A DNA stretch of 64,000 bases, taken from assembly GCA_041649315.1 (NCBI GenBank), contig JBAZNJ010000002.1:64851-128850 (forward strand), read 5' to 3'. This DNA is from Patescibacteria group bacterium. GTDB lineage: Bacteria > Patescibacteriota > Patescibacteriia > Patescibacteriales > UBA12465. Both the position numbers and the translations under genes were made by a program. Positions 38,915-46,936 of the stretch are shown piece by piece; within the stretch, counting starts at the first letter, position 1; each line of letters opens with the position of its first letter. The notes beneath the pieces are model-generated. The model was not told the DNA's origin and did not search any database. It worked only from the letters and a program-made list of their open reading frames with translations.

Positions 38915-41203
38915 ATGAACGAATCAGAAACAAGAGCCGAATATATTGACCCAAAACTTAAAGCGAGCGGTTGGGGTGAAATTGAGGGGTCAAAGGTTCT
39001 GCGCGAATTTCGCATTACTGACGGCAAAATTCAAACAGGTGGCACAAGAAGCAAGCCGGAGATTGCCGACTATATTTTGGTGTATAAAAATCAAAAGATT
39101 GGTGTGATAGAAGCCAAAGCCGAGGGTTTGGCTGTCACCGAAGGAGTGGCGCAAGCCAAAGCGTATGCCGAGAAACTGCATATTGATTATACCTACGCCA
39201 CCAATGGTAAAGAGATTTACGCGATATCCATGAAAACCGGCGAGGAAGGCGAGATTGCCGACTTCCCAACTCCTGACGAACTTTGGAATAATACTTTTGC
39301 GGATTGGAGCGAATGGAAAGAAAAATTTGCGAGCGTTCCCAACGAAGGTGAATACGGCAAAAGATATTATCAGGAAATTGCCATCAATAATGTTTTAAAT
39401 GCGGTAGCGGAAGAAAAAGATAGAATACTTTTGACAATGGCTACTGGAACCGGAAAAACCGCCGTTGCTTTTCAAGTCGCTTGGAAGCTTTTTCAAACTC
39501 GCTGGAATTTAAAACGAGACGGCGCGCGAAGACCGCGAATTTTGTTTTTAGCCGACCGGAATATTTTAGCCGATCAAGCGTTTAACACTTTTTCCGCTTT
39601 TAATGAAGACGCGTTGGTTCGTATTAATCCTTTAGATATTCGTAAAAAGGGCGGGGTGCCGATGAGCGGTAGCGTTTATTTTACAATCTTCCAAACTTTC
39701 ATGAGCGGTCCGAACGGTACGCCGTATTTCGGCGATTATCCGCCAGATTTTTTCGATTTTATTATTATTGACGAGTGCCATCGCGGCGGCGCGAATGACG
39801 AGAGTAATTGGCGCGGGATTTTGGAATATTTTTCGCCGGCGGTTCAGCTTGGTTTGACTGCCACGCCGAAACGGCAAGATAATATTGATACTTATAAATA
39901 TTTTGGCGAACCGGTTTATACTTATTCGCTAAAAGAAGGCGTAAATGACGGATTTTTAACGCCGTTTAAAGTCAAGAGAATTAAAACAACACTAGATGAT
40001 TATGTTTACACCTCGGACGACCAGATTATTGAGGGTGAAGTAGAAGAAGGTAAAATCTATGAAGAGCCGGATTTCAATAAAATTATTGTTATCAAAGAGC
40101 GTGAAGCCAAAAGGGTGCGAGTTGTTTTGGATGAAATAAACCAGAATGAGAAAACAATTATTTTTTGCGCTACGCAAGATCATGCTTTAGCTGTTCGTGA
40201 TTTGGTAAATCAAATGAAAGAAAGTAAAGATCCAAATTATTGTGTAAGAGTAACAGCTAACGACGGCGCGCGCGGAGAACAATTTTTGCGAGAATTTCAA
40301 GACAATGAAAAAACAATCCCCACAATTTTAACCACTTCTCAAAAACTTTCTACCGGCGTAGACGCGCGAAATATCCGCAATATCGTTTTAATGAGACCGG
40401 TCAATTCAATGATTGAGTTTAAACAAATTATCGGTCGTGGAACTAGGCTTTTTGACGGCAAGGAATATTTTACCATTTATGATTTTGTTGATGCTTATAA
40501 GCATTTTTCCGATCCGGAATGGGATGGTGAGCCGATTGATGAAACGACCGAGAAAGAACCGCGTGAATCAAGAGAAAAATGTATTAAAGAGCCATTGTCA
40601 GAATCACTGGAAGAGCCAAAGAAGAAATTAAAAATCAAATTACGCGACGGCAAAGAACGGGAAATCCAGCATATGATCGCCACTTCTTTTTGGGGTACCG
40701 ACGGGAAGCCGATTTCGGCCGAAGAGTTTTTAAAAAATATTTTTGGAACTTTGCCGGAATTTTTTAAGAATGAGGAAGAGCTAAGAAAAATCTGGGCCAA
40801 TCCGGCAACCAGAAAAATGTTTTTGGAAAAAATGTCGGAGTTGGGCTACGATCGAGAAAAATTAGAAAATTTACAAATAATGGTTAACGCCGCTGACAGC
40901 GATTTGTTTGATGTTTTAGCTTATATCTCTTTCGCGATCCAACCGATTACGCGAGTTGAAAGAGTTAGCGAAGTTAAAAAGATTATTTTTGAGAAATTGA
41001 ATGATAAAGAAAAAGAGTTTTTGAATTTTGTATTAACGAAATATATTGAAAAAGGGTTTGAAGAGCTGGACGAAGAGAAATTGCCGGTTTTATTAAATCT
41101 GAAATATAACGCCATCGCCAATGCTGAACAAAAGCTCGGCGATGTGGAAAAAATCCGTTCAATTTTTTTCTCCTTTCAGAAGAAGCTATATATGAAAGTG
41201 TGA
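38915..41203 (+). CDS. hsdR: Type I R-M restriction subunit R (EcoEI-like, 762 aa)
   Basis: HSDR_N-type start NESETRAEYIDPKLKASGW, helicase motifs ATGTGKT and DECHRG, EcoEI_R_C-like tail (DSDLFDVLAYISF). Confidence 0.95.
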   Translation: MNESETRAEYIDPKLKASGWGEIEGSKVLREFRITDGKIQTGGTRSKPEIADYILVYKNQKIGVIEAKAEGLAVTEGVAQAKAYAEKLHIDYTYATNGKEIYAISMKTGEEGEIADFPTPDELWNNTFADWSEWKEKFASVPNEGEYGKRYYQEIAINNVLNAVAEEKDRILLTMATGTGKTAVAFQVAWKLFQTRWNLKRDGARRPRILFLADRNILADQAFNTFSAFNEDALVRINPLDIRKKGGVPMSGSVYFTIFQTFMSGPNGTPYFGDYPPDFFDFIIIDECHRGGANDESNWRGILEYFSPAVQLGLTATPKRQDNIDTYKYFGEPVYTYSLKEGVNDGFLTPFKVKRIKTTLDDYVYTSDDQIIEGEVEEGKIYEEPDFNKIIVIKEREAKRVRVVLDEINQNEKTIIFCATQDHALAVRDLVNQMKESKDPNYCVRVTANDGARGEQFLREFQDNEKTIPTILTTSQKLSTGVDARNIRNIVLMRPVNSMIEFKQIIGRGTRLFDGKEYFTIYDFVDAYKHFSDPEWDGEPIDETTEKEPRESREKCIKEPLSESLEEPKKKLKIKLRDGKEREIQHMIATSFWGTDGKPISAEEFLKNIFGTLPEFFKNEEELRKIWANPATRKMFLEKMSELGYDREKLENLQIMVNAADSDLFDVLAYISFAIQPITRVERVSEVKKIIFEKLNDKEKEFLNFVLTKYIEKGFEELDEEKLPVLLNLKYNAIANAEQKLGDVEKIRSIFFSFQKKLYMKV

Positions 41204-41226
41204 GGAATATAAAAAAAGAAATAAAT

Positions 41227-41454
41227 ATGAAATGTACGTATAATTATCAAAAAATTGCCGCTGCTATGTTGAGCGAGGTCGGCAACACGTTATCTACTTC
41301 GAAGATAGTTGAGCTCGTTAGAAAAAAATTCCCTGAAGTCAAAAGAAGTGTTATTTTGCCTGGTGATTATTGTAATAATCACGAGAATAAAGATCCGTTT
41401 TCTAGCAGGCACTACATATTTAAAAAAAGGGGTATGGACAATATGAAGTTTTAA
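41227..41454 (+). CDS. Hypothetical small protein trailing hsdR (75 aa from ATG 41227; the track ORF begins at 41200)
   Basis: ORF only, same strand, immediately after hsdR. Possible winged-helix-like segment (speculative). Confidence 0.4.
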   Translation: MKCTYNYQKIAAAMLSEVGNTLSTSKIVELVRKKFPEVKRSVILPGDYCNNHENKDPFSSRHYIFKKRGMDNMKF

Positions 41455-41528
41455 ATAAATATGCAATTTTAAATAAAATTGAGGTTTTGCGTCGCGGTTA
41501 TAACGGCATCGGAAAATAATTTATTTAT

Positions 41529-41726
41529 ATGTCAAATATAATTTTCATAACAATTATAATATTAGCCATTGTATTAATAATATGGTTAGTTTCCATGATT
41601 TTTTCTAAGAGATTTTGGAAAGCCGTGAAAGAGCGTATTTTTACAGAAATAGTTAAATACGTTGGTAAAATATTTTTTATTTTAATAATTTTAGCGGTTA
41701 TCATTTTAGTTACAATATTTTCATAA
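41529..41726 (+). CDS. Possible small two-TM membrane protein (65 aa)
   Basis: ORF only. Very AT-rich, and an equally long antisense ORF exists. Confidence 0.3.
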   Translation: MSNIIFITIIILAIVLIIWLVSMIFSKRFWKAVKERIFTEIVKYVGKIFFILIILAVIILVTIFS

Positions 41727-41769
41727 ATACCCATCTATAACTCCTCACTTTTCATATCAATCATCCTCT

Positions 41770-42129
41770 ATGCGCATCTGGGATCTTGATCCGAAATATC
41801 TCTGCCGTCAACATCTTTTAGCCGAACATCGCGAACTGCATGGGCTTTGGAATATTCTGACTATCCATCAGGGCCGGGGCGGCTATTCGCGTCATCCGGA
41901 AACTCTGCGCTGGGTCGGGAAAACGCGCGCACTCTACGAACGGCATGAGGCCTTAGTTAAGGAATTCGCCCGTCGCGGCTATAAACATCACTCACCGCTG
42001 GATAAGCGCCTGGCGAAGGGCCAGAGCCGCCAGACGGCCTATCTTAACACAATAGCCGAGCAAAAAGTGATACTTAAGAAAAAACCCTGCGCCTGCCTTT
42101 TGCATACTAAAAAGTCTGCCGCGGGTTAA
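41770..42129 (+). CDS. Pyrimidine-dimer DNA glycosylase (T4 endonuclease V / DenV family)
   Basis: MRIWDLDPKYLCRQHLLAEHRELHGLW...HPETLRW...RHEALVKEF..RGYKH match the family signature from memory. Confidence 0.85.
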   Translation: MRIWDLDPKYLCRQHLLAEHRELHGLWNILTIHQGRGGYSRHPETLRWVGKTRALYERHEALVKEFARRGYKHHSPLDKRLAKGQSRQTAYLNTIAEQKVILKKKPCACLLHTKKSAAG

Positions 42130-42198
42130 TGTTTTTCGTGTGCTAAAAAGTCCGCCGTGAGTTAAATTTTTGCGTGTTTAAAAAACTCCGCGGGTTAA
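42097..42198 (+). repeat. Three tandem ~33-36-nt repeats, each ending in TAA; the first is the 3' end of the glycosylase gene
   Basis: Units are 42097-42129, 42130-42165 and 42166-42198. Core is YTAAAAAGTCYGCCGYGRGTTAA. Confidence 0.75.
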
Positions 42199-42210
42199 TT
42201 AAAAGTTTTT

Positions 42211-42507
42211 ATGTTAATGAATAATTATTTTTTTTCCATTCTAATCATCTTCGGCTTAATAAACCTCCTCGCTTTTTTAATCATGGCCGCGGATAAGATA
42301 AAATCAAGCCGGCCGGACGCGCCGCGGATTTCCGAAGGGAAGTTGTTTTTTATGGCGACCGCTTTTGGCGCGCTCGGCGTTTATCTCGGCATGTTCACTT
42401 TCCGGCATAAGACGCGGAAATGGTATTTTCTAGCCGGCATTCCGCTTCTAATCGTCCAGAACGCAGCGACGGCCTATTTGGTTTACTTATTGATTATTTC
42501 CTCTTAG
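42211..42507 (+). CDS. DUF1294-family membrane protein
   Basis: MAADKIKS...PRISEGKLF..A.FGALGVYLGMFTFRHKTRKWYF motif. Confidence 0.8.
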   Translation: MLMNNYFFSILIIFGLINLLAFLIMAADKIKSSRPDAPRISEGKLFFMATAFGALGVYLGMFTFRHKTRKWYFLAGIPLLIVQNAATAYLVYLLIISS

Positions 42508-42625
42508 AGTATTCGGCGGCGCCCATTTAAAGTAAAAGTAAAATAAATTTTTATAAAATATTTATCTTAGTTTTAACCTCGATACCTTATAATAGAATTG
42601 ATTTAATTTTAATTCTATTAAAGAT

Positions 42626-43051
42626 ATGGAGGATTTTTTAATTCAAAACCAAAAGGAAAATGATTTCGCGGATTGGGCAAAACTAAAATCTAAAATTCAT
42701 TTTCATCATGATGAGAATAAGATATATTTTAAAAATAGAGAAATTTGGTGGGCGAGCTTGGGGGTTAATATTGGAAAAGAGGAAAATGGGAAGAATGGAA
42801 GATTCGAGCGGCCGGTTTTGATATTAAATAAAATAAATAAATATACGCTAATCATTGTTCCTTTATCAAGTAAAATTAAGCAAGACAGATTCCATTATCA
42901 ATTACTTGTTAATAATCGGTTTGAATCAGTTTTGATTTTTCAAGTCCGGACGATTAGCAGTAAAAGATTGAGTCGTAAAATCGGATGTTTGGATAAGATT
43001 AGTTTTCAAGAAGTGAAAGATAAAATTAATTCTATTTTCGCTTGTAATTAA
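42626..43051 (+). CDS. PemK/MazF-fold toxin-like protein with no adjacent antitoxin ORF
   Basis: REIWWASLGVNIGKEENG...RPVLIL...LIIVPLSSK matches the MazF/PemK pattern. The 118-bp upstream spacer has no ORF. Confidence 0.7.
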   Translation: MEDFLIQNQKENDFADWAKLKSKIHFHHDENKIYFKNREIWWASLGVNIGKEENGKNGRFERPVLILNKINKYTLIIVPLSSKIKQDRFHYQLLVNNRFESVLIFQVRTISSKRLSRKIGCLDKISFQEVKDKINSIFACN

Positions 43052-43165
43052 AAAGAACCCCCGGTTGGGGATTCTTGAGACTTATCATCACTGATAAGCC
43101 CAAAAACGAAACGGCTCCCAAAAACATTCGCAAAGGTTTGGAGCCTCGGAGGCCTAAGCCCGTAT
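43052..43165 (-). ncRNA. Candidate ~115-nt small RNA, convergent with the MazF-like gene
   Basis: Minus strand: promoter, then three hairpins (GGCUCC/GGAGCC, CUUAUCA/UGAUAAG, GAAUCCCC/GGGGGUUC), the last followed by UCUUUU as an intrinsic terminator. The A-run/T-run orientation fits the minus strand only. Confidence 0.4.
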
Positions 43166-43171
43166 AATTAT

Positions 43172-43200
43172 AGTATATATAAAAATAAAACTGATGTCAA
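43172..43200 (-). promoter_or_regulatory. Sigma70-like promoter for the candidate sRNA
   Basis: Minus strand: TTGACA (43200-43195), 17-nt spacer, TATACT (43177-43172). Confidence 0.4.
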
Positions 43201-43402
43201 CGATGTTCGTGGGCTTGAACGCTGAATTTTTTTAATCATTTTTTTCAAGCGTTTGCGCTCACCTCATAAATAGGTTAAAATTAGGGTGTAAACGGGGGCG
43301 CTGTTGAATGCCGTTTTCGTTCTAAGCCCCTATATTAGCATTATTAATAAATGTTATTTTCCCCTAATTTTTTATATTTTAGCAAATTTTGTAAAATATT
43401 TT

Positions 43403-44116
43403 ATGCTTATCCAAATAAAAAATCTGATTAAAAATTACCAGACCGACGAGCTTATCACGCCGGTGCTTCATGACTTGTCTTTTGATATTGAGGCCGGAGA
43501 ATTTGTCTCAATCATGGGGCCTTCCGGTTCGGGCAAGTCAACGCTGATGCATATCCTCGGCCTGCTTGACCGGCCGACTGAGGGTTCTTATAAGCTTAAT
43601 AACCGCGAAGTCGGCTCTTTAAGCGATGATCAACTCGCCGTTTATCGTAATGAAAAAATCGGTTTTGTTTTCCAATCCTTTAATCTTCTGCCCCGCACGA
43701 CTGTTTTGGAAAACGTGGAATTGCCGCTTTTTTATTCGGCTCATCATGAGCACGCCGCCGCCCGCGCGAAAAAAGTTTTAGAAGCGGTCGGTCTCGGCCA
43801 TCGCCTTGATTATTATACGAACCAGATTTCCGGCGGCGAAAAACAGCGCGTGGCGATTGCTCGGGCTTTAGTTAATGATCCGGACGTTATTTTCGCGGAT
43901 GAACCGACCGGCAATCTTGACTCTAAATCCGGTATCCAGATCATGGAAATTCTCCAGAATTTAAACGAAGAAGGCCGGACGATTATTTTAGTAACCCATG
44001 AAACCTATACCGCCGAACACGCGAAGCGGATTATCCGTCTTAAAGACGGAAAAATAACTTCCGACCATGTTGTTGCCAGCCGCCGCCGTGCCAAGGACGG
44101 GGAATTGTTGAAATAA
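43403..44116 (+). CDS. ABC transporter ATP-binding protein, MacB/LolD type
   Basis: [24 protein letters not shown] and ADEPTGNLD motifs. I start at ATG 43403 (MLIQIKNL) rather than the track's 43304. Confidence 0.93.
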   Translation: MLIQIKNLIKNYQTDELITPVLHDLSFDIEAGEFVSIMGPSGSGKSTLMHILGLLDRPTEGSYKLNNREVGSLSDDQLAVYRNEKIGFVFQSFNLLPRTTVLENVELPLFYSAHHEHAAARAKKVLEAVGLGHRLDYYTNQISGGEKQRVAIARALVNDPDVIFADEPTGNLDSKSGIQIMEILQNLNEEGRTIILVTHETYTAEHAKRIIRLKDGKITSDHVVASRRRAKDGELLK

Positions 44117-44126
44117 TTAATACCTT

Positions 44127-45383
44127 ATGTCTTTTTTAGATTTCCGCCGTGCCGTCATGAATTCGCTCCGCTCTTTACGCAAGAACAAGAGCCGGAGTTT
44201 TTTAACGATGCTCGGAATTATTATCGGCGTGGCCGCCGTAATCATGATCATGTCGCTCGGCGCCGGAGCGCAAAGTTTAATTTTAGATCAGGTTGAAGTT
44301 CTTGGCTCGGATCTGATTTCGATTACGCCTGGTAAATCAAATAAGGACGAGCCGCCTTCTTCGGTTATGGGAATCATTATTACGACGCTTACTTATGAAG
44401 ATTATGAAGTGATAAACGATCAAAACCGCTTACCGGATTTGGCCGCGGTCGCCGCTTCGGTCAACGGCAATGTTTCTTTGTCCTGGCGCGACAATTCTTA
44501 TGACGCGGCCATGGAAGGGACAACCGCCTCTTACTTTGATGTTTATGGCGGAGAAATTGAGTTCGGTCGGTTTTTTAATAAAGAAGAAGAAAAAAATCTC
44601 GCCAAGGTCGTAGTGCTCGGTCCGACGGTTAAGGAAGAATTATTTGGCGATTCCGACGCACTCGGTCAGAAAATAAAAATTAATAGGCAGGTATTTGAAG
44701 TTATTGGTATAAATAAAAAGCGGGGAAAGGTAATGTTTAGCGATTTTGATGGCCAGATTTTTGTGCCGGTCCGGAGCGCCCAGCGTCTGATTTTAGGCAT
44801 CAACCATCTTAACTTCGTTGCCGCTAAAGCCGCGCCGGAAACTGAGATGGCCGCGGTCGTTGAGGAAATTAGCGCCCTTTTGCGCGATCGCCATGATATT
44901 TCCGATTCGAGTGGCGAGAGCGATGATTTTACGGTCCGAGAAGCGGCCGAAGCGATTGATATGCTCCGGACGATTACCGACGCCATGAAATATTTTTTGG
45001 CGGTGATGGCCGCTTTATCATTATTAGTCGGCGGTATCGGGATTATGAATATCATGTTCATTAGCGTCAATGAGCGAGTGAGGGAAATCGGCTTGCGCAA
45101 AGCGGTCGGCGCGAAGAACAGCAATATCATCTGGCAATTTTTAATTGAAGCCGCGGTTCTAACTTTAGTCGGCGGAATTATCGGCATCGCGGTCGGCGCC
45201 CTAATTTCTTTTTTAGCTTCTTTGGTTATAAATTTTTTAGGTTATAGCTGGGCCTTCCGAATTTCTTTCGGGTCCATAATCCTGGCCGTTTTTACTTCCG
45301 GCGCGATTGGGATAATTTTCGGCTATTATCCGGCCCGCCGGGCCAGCCGCTTGTCGCCGGTCGAGGCGCTTAGTTATGAATAG
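44127..45383 (+). CDS. ABC transporter permease, MacB/FtsX type (MacB periplasmic domain plus FtsX TM domain)
   Basis: 418 aa; N-terminal TM, large extracytoplasmic domain, C-terminal 3 TM with REIGLRKAVGA motif. Confidence 0.9.
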   Translation: MSFLDFRRAVMNSLRSLRKNKSRSFLTMLGIIIGVAAVIMIMSLGAGAQSLILDQVEVLGSDLISITPGKSNKDEPPSSVMGIIITTLTYEDYEVINDQNRLPDLAAVAASVNGNVSLSWRDNSYDAAMEGTTASYFDVYGGEIEFGRFFNKEEEKNLAKVVVLGPTVKEELFGDSDALGQKIKINRQVFEVIGINKKRGKVMFSDFDGQIFVPVRSAQRLILGINHLNFVAAKAAPETEMAAVVEEISALLRDRHDISDSSGESDDFTVREAAEAIDMLRTITDAMKYFLAVMAALSLLVGGIGIMNIMFISVNERVREIGLRKAVGAKNSNIIWQFLIEAAVLTLVGGIIGIAVGALISFLASLVINFLGYSWAFRISFGSIILAVFTSGAIGIIFGYYPARRASRLSPVEALSYE

Positions 45384-45475
45384 AAGTTTAGCCGCAGAAA
45401 TAGAAACTCGGTTATTAATAAAAATTATATAGTTATAATTAAGAAACCTGATTATAAACAGAGCGTTGAAATAAT

Positions 45476-46735
45476 ATGGATAAATATCTAAATTCCGCCA
45501 AGATGGCTTTTAAATCCATGCTCGCCAATCGCCTGCGCACGGCTTTGACTATGCTCGGCATCGTTATTGGCGTGGCCAGCGTGATTGTCGTTTATTCGGC
45601 CGGGGAGGGAATTTATGATTTATTATTAAGCCAGGTTGAGTCATTCGGCACGAATATCATTGAGACCGAAATCAAAGTGCCGAGCAATAAAAAGGGCGGT
45701 GAAGCGGAAACAGATAACGCGATGTCTTTGGCTTCCGGTGTTCAGATTACAACTTTAAAAATAGAAGACCTTGAAGATATAAAAAAGCTCAGCAATGTTT
45801 CCGGCGGCTATGCCGGAGTTATGAGCCAGGATTGGGTGAGTTATGGCGGCGAAATTAAGCGCGCCTTCCTTTTCGGCGCGAGCGCGGATTATATTAATAT
45901 TGACCGAGGCGAACTTGAGGCCGGCCGGTTTTTCAGTGAGGCCGAAGACAAGTCCTTGGCGCAAGTGGCGGTTTTAGGTTCTAAAGTCAAAGATGATTTG
46001 TTCGGCGATTCGGACGCAATCGGCCGCTTTATTACCGTCCATAAAAGCAAATATCAGGTCATCGGTGTGATGGAAGAGCGCGGCGGTTCTTTTGGCATGA
46101 ATTTTGATGATTATGTTTTTTTACCGCTTCGGACTTTACAGAAGCGGATTATGGGCATTGACCATGTGATGTATATGGTTCATCAGCTTTATGATCCGAA
46201 TCGGGCGGACGAAACCGCGGCTGAGGCCAGGGAAATTTTGCGTGATAATCATGAAATCAGTGATCCGGCCAAGGACGATTTCCGGGTCGTGACTATGGAC
46301 GAGATGATGGATATGCTTAATACCATAACCGGCGCTTTGACGATTTTATTATTGGCAATAATTATTATTTCGCTGATTGTCGGCGGGGTCGGAATTTTAA
46401 ATGTGATGCACGTGACTGTTACCGAACGGACTTCAGAGATTGGTTTGCGTAAGGCGGTCGGCGCTAAATACCGCGATATTATCCGGCAATTTTTAACCGA
46501 ATCTGTGGTTATAACTTTATGCGGTGGCTTGCTCGGTATTATTGTCGGTGTTTTAGTATCCTATGGTTTAGCGATTGGTGCCCGGCGTTTCGGCCTTGAT
46601 TGGCATTTTTCCGTCCCGCTAAAGGCCTTTATCGTTTCCTTACTATTTTCTTCGGCTTTTGGCATTATCTTCGGACTTGGTCCGGCTAAGCGGGCGGCCC
46701 GGCTTGATCCAGTTGAGGCAATGCGGAAGGAGTAG
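45476..46735 (+). CDS. Second MacB/FtsX-type ABC permease (paralog)
   Basis: 419 aa, same architecture; SEIGLRKAVGA motif. Confidence 0.9.
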   Translation: MDKYLNSAKMAFKSMLANRLRTALTMLGIVIGVASVIVVYSAGEGIYDLLLSQVESFGTNIIETEIKVPSNKKGGEAETDNAMSLASGVQITTLKIEDLEDIKKLSNVSGGYAGVMSQDWVSYGGEIKRAFLFGASADYINIDRGELEAGRFFSEAEDKSLAQVAVLGSKVKDDLFGDSDAIGRFITVHKSKYQVIGVMEERGGSFGMNFDDYVFLPLRTLQKRIMGIDHVMYMVHQLYDPNRADETAAEAREILRDNHEISDPAKDDFRVVTMDEMMDMLNTITGALTILLLAIIIISLIVGGVGILNVMHVTVTERTSEIGLRKAVGAKYRDIIRQFLTESVVITLCGGLLGIIVGVLVSYGLAIGARRFGLDWHFSVPLKAFIVSLLFSSAFGIIFGLGPAKRAARLDPVEAMRKE

Positions 46736-46857
46736 GGGGTGGGCGCAGGGCAGAAGGGGATTTATAGAGAGCGCAGGAAAGGGTCGAAAAAATCAGAGGG
46801 TAAAGGCTAAAAATAACAGGGAATTGACATAACGCCGTAATCTGTTATTATATTAGT

Positions 46858-46887
46858 AAATATTTCTATTGAAATATTTTGTTTTTT
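46858..46887 (+). terminator. Intrinsic terminator-like hairpin downstream of the ABC operon
   Basis: AAATATTTC-tatt-GAAATATTT followed by TGTTTTTT. Confidence 0.5.
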
Positions 46888-46936
46888 GCGGGTTGTCCGA
46901 CTATTCAGATTCGGCTTTCCGCCTACAATTTAATAT

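Noticed and set aside
41525-41734. 69-aa minus-strand ORF mirroring the 65-aa plus-strand ORF
   Set aside because: The two ORFs mirror each other in extremely AT-rich DNA and at most one is real. The plus-strand ORF is kept at low confidence because it matches the island's gene orientation.
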